NCBI GenBank assembly: GCA_040400605.1
Contig: JBBAPZ010000011.1
Coordinates: forward strand, 56,464-108,063
Direction of reading: 5' to 3'
DNA from: Candidatus Sericytochromatia bacterium
GTDB taxonomy: Bacteria; Cyanobacteriota; Sericytochromatia; S15B-MN24; JAQBPE01
DNA: 51,600 nt
Part shown: positions 29,641 to 38,187 of the stretch, one piece after another
Position numbering within the stretch: position 1 is the stretch's first letter
How the letters are laid out: each line of letters starts with the position of its first letter
Notes under the pieces: generated by a model
What the model was told of the DNA's origin: nothing
Seen by the model: the letters and a program-made list of their open reading frames with translations, nothing else
Databases searched by the model: none
Program-made: the position numbers and the translations under genes

Positions 29641-30270
29641 AACCGGACGAATGGCCGTCGCTCCATTGATCGTCGCTTGAACCCCTTTCTTTGAACATAC
29701 ACGGCGTGTCAGAAGACATTCCGTCATAAATCCCCACGCAGCAGCCCACTTGGCCGAAACCAAGCAATCGCACAGTTCCACTCGCAACGACGGTCGCAAA
29801 CTGCACACAAGACCACCACGGGGCCTTCCCCGCTTCAAAATGCGCAACGGGACAGCGCAATCTAGTGCGAGAAAAAAAGGGAAACCCCTAAACAAACGCA
29901 CTCGAACTAAACAGCATCAGATACCAAGGGGAGACTTGGCCAAGATGCTTGGTTTTGTCATCGAGCAAAGATGCTCGGAACACCTCCCACGTGTCACAAA
30001 AAAGGTGACACATTTCCCGATCAGATCGGGCCATATTTACAGTGCCGTAACCAGAACAACTGACGCTCTAAGCGCCACACGTCTTAAGATTCGTGCACGG
30101 CAAGCAAGCCTAATGACTCACCGCCTGTTTGACAGAATAGCGTAATGGTCCAGTTTCTGTCAAGTACAGGGTGAAACCAGGAACCATCAGATTGATTGGT
30201 CAAACAGCTTTGCTGTGGCGAGCATTCCACAGTTCACTGTATCACCACACACCGAGGCGCAAGTGGTTCA

Positions 30271-31233
30271 TCAGGCTTGGTTTGGGTCGCCATTGCAGGA
30301 TTGGGCACTTGTCATCGGCAAATCTTCCCGTGGTCCTTGGGTTGCGCGACCATGACGCGCGGTGATCACGAGTTGATTGTCGATGTGTTTTACACCGGGC
30401 ACTGTCAAGCTGGTTTGAGTGGCCTCGTTGTATTGGGCGGGTGTATCCACAACTCCTAGCAGGCTCGCGACGCCATCACGAAAGAAAACGGCGATATGCG
30501 CCACCGGAACGCCAGCTTGGGCGAGCCGTCTTTTCAGTGTTTGTTCCAGTAGCGCATCCCGATTGTCGGGCGTGCTTTTTTGATAGGCGTGGAGGTGATC
30601 GTCGATGCCTTGCAAGCCTGGTGTGCGTTCCAATGCCGTGAGGATTTGCCGATGTTCTTTTTCTGTGCGGGTCGTGCCGTGCACGTGCGCGATGTGATCG
30701 CGCACGTGCACCTTGACGGCGCAGGCCGGATCGAGACCCAATACGTGTAACGACGCATTGGCGCGATCGCCCAATCGCACATCATCCGTATCGACTGGTC
30801 GATTGACACCAAGGTGTTCCCCATTTACCCGACGCACTCCTGGCATCAATGAAATCGCGTGAATCAGAAAACGGCGGTCACGCAACGACTCACAAGCACC
30901 GTACAGATAGACACTCCCGTTGGCGTGCAACTCGCAGCGCCCACCTTCGACCGGACCAGTCAAAAAGGCACAAGCCTCATCGAACGCCCTGGCGACAACA
31001 TCCTTCATGGCACGTCGGGTTTCCGCGATACACAAGGCATTGTCAATTATGGATTCCGGCAAGACCTGACGGGCAAGGGCCAGGGCCAACTCGCTGGCTT
31101 CCGCAGTCTGAACCACGCCGCCCAGGCACAGGCGATCGCCCTCCCAAGTCACCTTGATTCGCGCTTCACCCAATTCAGGGTGCTTCCGCAATGCCTGCCC
31201 CACCTGCTCCAGGACATCTTCTTGAACACCCAT
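30271..31233 (-). CDS. Multi-BON-domain protein
   Basis: About four repeats of the BON pattern (LGGVV...IIDNAL, LYG...PGVRRV, VHG...PGLQGIDDHL, LLGVV...PGVKHIDNQL); GAGG SD. Confidence 0.85.
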   Translation of the reverse strand: MGVQEDVLEQVGQALRKHPELGEARIKVTWEGDRLCLGGVVQTAEASELALALARQVLPESIIDNALCIAETRRAMKDVVARAFDEACAFLTGPVEGGRCELHANGSVYLYGACESLRDRRFLIHAISLMPGVRRVNGEHLGVNRPVDTDDVRLGDRANASLHVLGLDPACAVKVHVRDHIAHVHGTTRTEKEHRQILTALERTPGLQGIDDHLHAYQKSTPDNRDALLEQTLKRRLAQAGVPVAHIAVFFRDGVASLLGVVDTPAQYNEATQTSLTVPGVKHIDNQLVITARHGRATQGPREDLPMTSAQSCNGDPNQA

Positions 31234-31676
31234 CGACGCGCCCCTTCCTCAAACATTTCTTGACACGACCCGTCGCAAAATCTAACACCACGCGTCTGAA
31301 TCCACGACAAGCATCCAGCGATACGGGGATACAGTTGGACATCAGTGATACCGAAAAGCTTCGATTGGTGAGTTAGATCTTGACTGTTGCTGAAGAACAG
31401 GGCGTGGGTGCCTGTGGTTTTGAGTTTGAAGCACAAGTTTTGAACGGCAACCGAGGCATCACGGTTTAACCGTGTCAGTATCCACAACCAGCCAGTCATC
31501 ACACTTGTCGGTTTTGAACAAGCAGGCCGTGCCCACTACACCATGCCTACCGCTCAAGCCATCTTTCATATATAAGCTAAAATTAACCTTTAATTTACTT
31601 TAAAATGCAGCAGACTCCAGCATCAACTGCCTATAAACAAAACAGCTTGTTCCAGACATGGGTTAGAGGTGTTGTG

Positions 31677-32968
31677 ATGACGATCAATCGTCTGCTACCA
31701 GGTATTCCACAACCAAGCTTTCAGGCTCCTGCCGTCACCGTGCGTCCGGTGCGTGGGCAAGCGCCCACATTGCCGCGAGACAGTTTTGTGCGCGTGCCTC
31801 AAGCTTCACCTGTGGCAAGCCCCGTTTCTCAAAATCCAAACACGTGGTCATCATCGCCCGTTTTGCCGGGCGGGGTTCCGTTGGCGTCATCGTTTGTGGC
31901 GCCTCCCGTCGAGCCGCCCGCTCCGTTGCCTGCCGCCCCGCCCCCGCCCCCCCCCCGCCCCCTCCCCCCCCGCCGCCGCCGCCAACCGTTGAGAATGTTG
32001 TGGCGTCCGGTTTTTTTGACAGTGCGCCCAGTGGGGTTTACCGCTCTGCAATCGGCCAACCAATGGGTGTTCCGGGTCCAGTACCTTACGGTATTGGCGT
32101 GGCGCCAGGGGTTAATCTGGGCTTTGGTCTGTCGAATCCCCCCGGCAACGTGTTGAACCCCGGTGTGAGACCGGTCGTGATGCAACCGGCTGTGGGTCCG
32201 TTCCAAAGTGGCTCAAGTGTGATTTATCAACCGAACCCGACACAGGTGCCTTCAAACAATCCAATCGGGAATTTTTTCAGTTCTATTTTTCGACCCAATC
32301 AAACACAGCCTTACAACGGGGCTGCACCCTACGGGACCCCCGCTTACAACATGGGTGTTAATCCTTACCCAACCGGCATCGGCAGAAATGTACCGATGTT
32401 AGGTGGCTTCAACACCCCACGCCCCAACACGTTCACGGCGAACTACGTGTCAGGCTATCAGCCCTATCCGCCCGGGTATGGCACTGGTTACAGGCCTGGG
32501 TTCGGTACAGGTTTCACGCCATATCAACCGGGGATCGGTACAGGTTATAACCCGTACATGCCCGGCAGCAGTCCGTACATACCCGGTTATCCAGGCAGTC
32601 CGTATGGCAACAATACGGGTATTTTGGGTCCGATCACGGCAGGTGTCGGTTTGTTGGCAGGTATCGTCAGTTTGTTCAAGGGGCCACCAAAGCCTCCGAC
32701 ACCCACGTATCCCAACAATCCTAACTACCCGTATCCTGGCACGCCAGGCACCTATCCGGGGCAGCCGACGCCACGTCCACCCGGGACGCCCAGTGGCACG
32801 TATCCAGCGCATCCGGGGAACCCGTATCCTTATCGGCCGACACCACCGCAGCCATCCGGGCCGGTTTATCGTCCCCCGATTCCTAATAACTCAGCTGCGT
32901 CGAATACGCCAGGCTCTGCTGTTGTCTTGCCTCCTTTCAAAGGGCCTTGGAAGGCAGACATCCTATGA
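31677..32968 (+). CDS. Pro/Gly/Tyr-rich low-complexity protein split by a frameshift in a C10 tract
   Basis: The ORF from ATG 31677 (AGAGGT SD) reads ...APLPAAPPPPPP. The second frame continues PPPPPPPPTVENVV...KADIL*. C11 or C8 at 31947-31956 would fuse them into ~430 aa. Confidence 0.75.
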
Positions 32969-32974
32969 CCCGTC

Positions 32975-33005
32975 CCCCCGGCAAGCGCCGGGGGATTTTT
33001 GTTTT
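32975..33005 (+). terminator. Intrinsic terminator
   Basis: CCCCCGGC-AAGC-GCCGGGGG followed by ATTTTTGTTTT, 6 nt after the stop at 32968. Confidence 0.8.
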
Positions 33006-33099
33006 AGTGGGGCTTGGGTCTGGGCTGCTGCGTGCGTGACCTGACGGCTGCGATCGCCTGTGTTACGATAGCCCAGAGCCAAGTATGGGGAGGATAGTC

Positions 33100-34332
33100 A
33101 TGGCAAAAATCAAAGTATTGAACCCGGTGGTCGAACTCGATGGCGATGAGATGACCCGTATCATTTGGCAGTTCATCAAAGAGCGGTTGATTCTGCCCTA
33201 TCTGGATATCGACCTGAAATATTTTGATCTTGGCATTGAACACCGCGACGCAACGAATGACCAGGTAACTGTTGATGCCGCGCAGGCGATCAAGCAGTAC
33301 GGCGTTGGCGTGAAATGCGCGACCATTACCCCAGATGAAGCGCGGGTCAAGGAGTTTAGCCTCAAGCAGATGTGGAAGTCGCCCAATGGGACCATTCGTA
33401 ACATCTTGGATGGCACCGTGTTTCGTGAGCCGATCATCTGCACAAACGTTCCGCGCCTCGTGCCCGGCTGGACGCAACCCATCGTGATTGGTCGCCATGC
33501 TTTCGGCGACCAGTATCGCGCCACCGATTTCCTCATCCCTGGCAGGGGCCGGCTCACCATGCGTTTCGAAGGCGAGAATGGTGAAGTTATCGAACGGGAA
33601 GTTTTTCAGTTCACCGGTTCGGGTGTCGCCCTTGGGATGTATAACCTGGATGACTCCATCCGAGGCTTCGCGCGTGCTTGCATGAACTATGGTCTGGCCA
33701 AAGGCTGGCCTGTGTACCTTTCAACCAAGAACACCATCCTCAAGGCCTATGACGGACGGTTCAAGGACCTGTTCCAGGAAGTATATGAAGCCGAATTCAA
33801 AGCCCAGTTCGAGGCCAAGGGGCTCACCTATGAGCACCGCCTCATCGATGACATGGTGGCTTCTGCCCTCAAGTGGTCCGGCGGCTTTGTCTGGGCTTGC
33901 AAAAACTATGATGGTGATGTCCAGTCTGACACGGTGGCGCAGGGTTTCGGCTCGTTGGGGCTTATGACTTCCGTGTTGCTGAGTCCGGATGGCAAGACCG
34001 TTGAAGCGGAGGCTGCCCACGGTACGGTCACCCGGCATTACCGGGAGCATCAAAAAGGCAAGGAAACCAGCACAAACCCGATCGCGTCGATCTTTGCCTG
34101 GACCCGTGGCCTGATCTACCGCGCCCAGTTCGATAACACGCCAGAAGTGGCCCGCTTCGCTACAGCCCTTGAGCAGGTCTGCATCGAAACCGTGGAAGCG
34201 GGACATATGACCAAGGACCTCGCGATGCTGATCGGGCCAGAACAACCTTGGCTCACCACCAACCAGTTCCTGGCCAAACTCGACGAAAACCTGCGCGTGA
34301 AAATGGGCTACGCGCAAAGCGCCACTGTCTGA
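33100..34332 (+). CDS. icd: NADP-dependent isocitrate dehydrogenase (subfamily II, eukaryote-like type)
   Basis: [64 protein letters not shown]. Confidence 0.97.
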   Translation: MAKIKVLNPVVELDGDEMTRIIWQFIKERLILPYLDIDLKYFDLGIEHRDATNDQVTVDAAQAIKQYGVGVKCATITPDEARVKEFSLKQMWKSPNGTIRNILDGTVFREPIICTNVPRLVPGWTQPIVIGRHAFGDQYRATDFLIPGRGRLTMRFEGENGEVIEREVFQFTGSGVALGMYNLDDSIRGFARACMNYGLAKGWPVYLSTKNTILKAYDGRFKDLFQEVYEAEFKAQFEAKGLTYEHRLIDDMVASALKWSGGFVWACKNYDGDVQSDTVAQGFGSLGLMTSVLLSPDGKTVEAEAAHGTVTRHYREHQKGKETSTNPIASIFAWTRGLIYRAQFDNTPEVARFATALEQVCIETVEAGHMTKDLAMLIGPEQPWLTTNQFLAKLDENLRVKMGYAQSATV

Positions 34333-34343
34333 ATAATGAGGTG

Positions 34344-34380
34344 AGAAGGGGCGGACCTGATGGGAGCCGCTCCTTCTTCA
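34344..34380. terminator. Hairpin after icd (possible terminator)
   Basis: AGAAGGGGCGG...CCGCTCCTTCT stem 11 nt after the icd stop, in a convergent gap; weak U-tract. Confidence 0.45.
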
Positions 34381-34606
34381 CGATGTCCCGCGAACCCCGC
34401 CCCTTCAACCAGCCACCCGATTGACCGATTGTTCGTTAAATGTTTTTAACATTCGGCGATTGCTGGCAGCATTGCGTGGTGTTTTTGCGTCGTGATTGTG
34501 CCGGCCTGCAGCAGTCCGATTGGTCAATCCGATGAATCGGTTTTGACCAATCAAATCGCTCACGCGTGCAAAAACTGCCGAAAAGCCACGAAACGGCTGT
34601 CGAACG

Positions 34607-34873
34607 TCACGGGTTGCCTGACGAAGGATTGGCAAGGGTCCGGGTCGCCCGTTCGAGGCGTTCGCGCGTCGGCGCGCTCATGAAGCGCAATTCCAGCTTG
34701 CCTGGCAGGCGTCGCACCAACCCGATGCCCTCCACGCGGGCGGCTACTCGCCAGGTGGCATCCTGTGCAGGTGTTGCCTGTCGCGTGGGAGCCGGGTCAC
34801 TCAGGCTGGTGAGCGCCGTGGCAATGGCAGCCATTTGCTCGGGGGTGGCCGGACGATCGATGCTAAAATCCAT
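34607..34873 (-). CDS. Putative acyl-CoA carboxylase epsilon (small) subunit
   Basis: Starts 10 nt after the carboxyltransferase stop with a GAGGAG SD. ATPEQMAAIATAL followed by a Pro/Ala linker and WRVAARVEG matches the AccE/PccE/PccX pattern. Confidence 0.65.
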   Translation of the reverse strand: MDFSIDRPATPEQMAAIATALTSLSDPAPTRQATPAQDATWRVAARVEGIGLVRRLPGKLELRFMSAPTRERLERATRTLANPSSGNP

Positions 34874-34883
34874 CACAGACTCC

Positions 34884-36482
34884 TCAGAGGGGAATGTTGC
34901 CGTGCTTGCGCGCCGGGCGTTCAACGCGCTTGCCGCGCAGGACTGTCAGGGACCGGATGAGGTGCTCACGCGTCTCGCGGGGGTCGATCACATCATCGAT
35001 AAACCCACGCTCAGCCGCTACAAAAGGATTGGCAAAGCGCTCGCGGTACTCCCGGATCAGCGCCTCCCGACACGTGGGATCGGCTGCCAGTTCCTTGCGA
35101 TACAAGATGTTGACGGCACCCTCTGCCCCCATCACGGCAATCTCCGCCGTGGGCCAGGCCAGATTCACATCCGCCCGCACATGCTTCGAACCCAGCACAT
35201 CGTAAGCCCCCCCGTACGCCTTGCGGGTGATGACAGTCAACTTGGGCACCGTCGCCTCGCAATAGGCATATAGCAATTTGGCCCCATGCCGGATGATGCC
35301 GCCATGTTCCTGGGACTTGCCTGGCAAGTAACCCGGCACATCTTCAAAAGTCACGATAGGAATATTGAACGCATCACAGAAACGCACAAAACGCGCCCCT
35401 TTGACCGAGGCATCGATGTCCATCGTGCCTGCCTTGACCTTCGGCTGATTCGCTACGATGCCCACTGTGCGACCATCAAGGCGTGCAAAGGCTGTGATCA
35501 GGTTCTGCGCGAACAAAGGCTGAATCTCGAGTAACTCGCCATCATCCAGCACGAGGGCCAGCAGTTCTTTCATATCGTATGGCCGATTGGGTTGATCCGG
35601 AATGATCGTTAACAAGCGCTCTTCTTGCCGGTTCGCCGGATCGCTGCACGGGTAAGTGGGCGGGTCTTCCAGATTGTTCGAGGGTAAAAAGCCCAGCAGG
35701 TAGCGCAACTGCGCCAGCGCCTCTTCTTCACTCTCTGCCATGAAATGCGCCACACCGCTGATCTCATTATGGGTGGTGGCCCCCCCAAGCTCCTCAAAAG
35801 TTACATCCTCACCCAATACCGTCTTGACCACTTCCGGCCCCGTGATAAACATAAAACTCGTGTCTTTCACCATGACCGTGAAATCCGTCATGACCGGTGA
35901 GTAAACGGCTCCGCCGGCACAAGGCCCCAAAATGGCTGACAATTGCGGAATGACGCCTGAGCTTTGCACATTGCGCCAAAAAATCTCCGCATAGCCACCC
36001 AGACTTTCCACCCCTTCTTGAATGCGGGCACCACCCGAGTCATTCAGCCCGATGCAGGGATGGCCGTTGCGCAGGGCCAAATCCATCACCTTACAGATTT
36101 TCTCGGCAAACACTTCACCGAGCGAACCGCCAAACACGGTGAAATCCTGCGAAAACACATAGATCGTGCGGCCATCGATCGTGCCGTAACCGGTGACCAC
36201 CCCATCGCCCGGAACTTTTTTTTGTTCCATGCCAAAGTTCTGGCAGCGGTGAACGCGGTAACGGTCCAGTTCGACGAAGCTGTCCGGGTCCAGCAGCAGG
36301 TCGATTCGTTCGCGAGCGGTCAGTTTGCCGCGCGCGTGTTGTTTCGCGGCAGCCTCGGGTCCGAGGCCCGTGATCGCGGCCTCGCGTCTGGCATGGAAGT
36401 TCTTGATGCGTTGAATCGTCGAGTCAGGCGGGGCGATCGCCTCGCGGGACGCGGCACTTTCCTGTTGCGGTGAAAGGGTCAT
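34884..36482 (-). CDS. pccB: Acyl-CoA (propionyl-CoA-type) carboxylase carboxyltransferase beta subunit
   Basis: [52 protein letters not shown]; start placed at MTLSP after GAGG. Confidence 0.9.
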   Translation of the reverse strand: MTLSPQQESAASREAIAPPDSTIQRIKNFHARREAAITGLGPEAAAKQHARGKLTARERIDLLLDPDSFVELDRYRVHRCQNFGMEQKKVPGDGVVTGYGTIDGRTIYVFSQDFTVFGGSLGEVFAEKICKVMDLALRNGHPCIGLNDSGGARIQEGVESLGGYAEIFWRNVQSSGVIPQLSAILGPCAGGAVYSPVMTDFTVMVKDTSFMFITGPEVVKTVLGEDVTFEELGGATTHNEISGVAHFMAESEEEALAQLRYLLGFLPSNNLEDPPTYPCSDPANRQEERLLTIIPDQPNRPYDMKELLALVLDDGELLEIQPLFAQNLITAFARLDGRTVGIVANQPKVKAGTMDIDASVKGARFVRFCDAFNIPIVTFEDVPGYLPGKSQEHGGIIRHGAKLLYAYCEATVPKLTVITRKAYGGAYDVLGSKHVRADVNLAWPTAEIAVMGAEGAVNILYRKELAADPTCREALIREYRERFANPFVAAERGFIDDVIDPRETREHLIRSLTVLRGKRVERPARKHGNIPL

Positions 36483-36664
36483 ACACTCATCCTCTGACTC
36501 GCCTGGCAAGGCCTGACACGCCTGGCCCACAAGCCACCATCATAACGCCTGTGCCACCGCTTGCCCAGCGAGTCATCCACCCTACACCCGTTCTGTGGTG
36601 CCGTAAGACGGCGAGGTCATCACAACGACCGTGTCACGCCAGACACGTACGCCCTGCCGCATGT

Positions 36665-36706
36665 GGATGCCGTTAATTTAAACTTAATTAACGGCATCCG
36701 TTTTTG
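36665..36706. promoter_or_regulatory. Perfect 14-bp inverted repeat in a divergent intergenic region
   Basis: GGATGCCGTTAATT-TAAACTT-AATTAACGGCATCC followed by GTTTTTG. Confidence 0.6.
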
Positions 36707-36794
36707 TTACGCCGTTGTAACCGTGTGCCACGATAGGAATGGTGGTTGCCGTTGGTGCTGATGTGATGGTTGTTTTTTTGAGGGGGGATCGCCC

Positions 36795-37862
36795 GTGTTC
36801 ATGAGTTCATTGACGAGAGTGCTGACCAATGGCGCGGACACGATTCGTCCGGGTCTTGTGTTGCCTCCGGCGGCAACTGTGATTCGGCCCATTATGTCTG
36901 CTGACGCGATCGTCAAACGTTCATCGGCTGGTTCCATTGCGACTGCGTCACACTCCTTGATGAGCTTGTTGCAGGATCTTTCATCGCGATTCAACGACAG
37001 AATTGGACAGGATATCTATGAGCTGGCCATGGATTCACCCGATCCGGAAGTGATTGGTTATGCTGCTGTGTTGCTTGCAGAACGTGGGAGTACGCCCGGT
37101 TGGGCTTGGCAATTTCGTTCATACACCAGGAGTTTGGACCACTTGAAATCACTCCGTGGGTTGGCGCAACGGGGTGATGATGAATCTGCACGCACGGCAA
37201 TAAGCATCGTGGAGAACTTTTGGGGAGACAAAAGCCGGCCGGACTGGAAAAGTGAAGAAAAGCTGCGTGTGAAAATGTACGAAGCGGCGATCGATGCAGT
37301 ACGAAGCAGTGATGAACCAGGCGTGTTGGGTTTCCTGTCTCGTACGGCTAATAATTACAATAACCGTGAAGCAGGGCAGAAGGCGCTCTTTGCACTTGCC
37401 GGACGTGAGGGTTCCTCTGCAACAGAGGCACTCGTCAAGGTTGACGCAACCAATTCCAGTCTCAGGGTTATCGAGGCGATTCGTGCCAGCACGATCAATG
37501 AAGCCGAGCGTATCGAACGATTGGAACGCGTCGGAAAGACAACCGATGTGCCAAGTAAACAGCTTGCGGTGCTTGAGGCGCTGAGGGAACGACATCCGAG
37601 TGTGGAGACCGTCAATGCCATAAAAACCGTTGCATTGAAACGCGGAGTCAGTGAATCGATCATCGATCGCGACCCGAACGCACTCAACCGTGAGGCGATT
37701 ATCAAGGCGATGGACGTGCTGGCAACGATTCAATCCTCGGAAAGCGAAGCCATTGCCGCGATTCAGACAATCTTTGAGACCTACAAGGTCAGTGGGCTAT
37801 TGAACCGTTTCGACAGCGGGGTGAACGCTGCCCATCAGCGCGCGTTGATGCATGTTGATTAG
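36795..37862 (+). CDS. Hypothetical alpha-helical (HEAT-like) protein
   Basis: 355-aa ORF with a GAGGGGG SD; HEAT-like segments DPEVIGYAAVLLAE, AGQKALFALAG, QLAVLEALRE. Confidence 0.75.
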   Translation: MFMSSLTRVLTNGADTIRPGLVLPPAATVIRPIMSADAIVKRSSAGSIATASHSLMSLLQDLSSRFNDRIGQDIYELAMDSPDPEVIGYAAVLLAERGSTPGWAWQFRSYTRSLDHLKSLRGLAQRGDDESARTAISIVENFWGDKSRPDWKSEEKLRVKMYEAAIDAVRSSDEPGVLGFLSRTANNYNNREAGQKALFALAGREGSSATEALVKVDATNSSLRVIEAIRASTINEAERIERLERVGKTTDVPSKQLAVLEALRERHPSVETVNAIKTVALKRGVSESIIDRDPNALNREAIIKAMDVLATIQSSESEAIAAIQTIFETYKVSGLLNRFDSGVNAAHQRALMHVD

Positions 37863-38187
37863 TGACGCCCGGATTTTTGTTCAAAATTGTCTGGCAAAAT
37901 CAAAACATCACGCGTTGACTCGCTTTTTTTCATAGCAACCGAAACTTGATCACCGGTCAACGCGTTTATGTATATTTCACCGACGATTCCCCAGTGCCCA
38001 CACGTGTGATTAAACATCAACGCTTGTATCACCAGACGTTATCGGCTTTTGTCACGGCACGTGTCCCGATTTGTTGAGTTCTCATTAAATCTGTTTCTTG
38101 GATTTTTTAACTCACGCAAGAAGGGCCCTGCCATTGGGATATTTTATTCCAGACGTGGCAATGGGCCTTGATTTGAGGGGTAAGCGG

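Noticed and set aside
29641..29901. N-terminal extension of the GNAT ORF (similar extensions on metH, minC, rodA, pheS, pheT)
   Set aside because: These come from longest-ORF calling. Family similarity, and in most cases the SD, starts further downstream.
38039..38046. Perfect sigma28 -10 box GCCGATAA on the minus strand
   Set aside because: There is no TAAA -35 at the correct spacing, and it points into the 3' end of a convergent gene.
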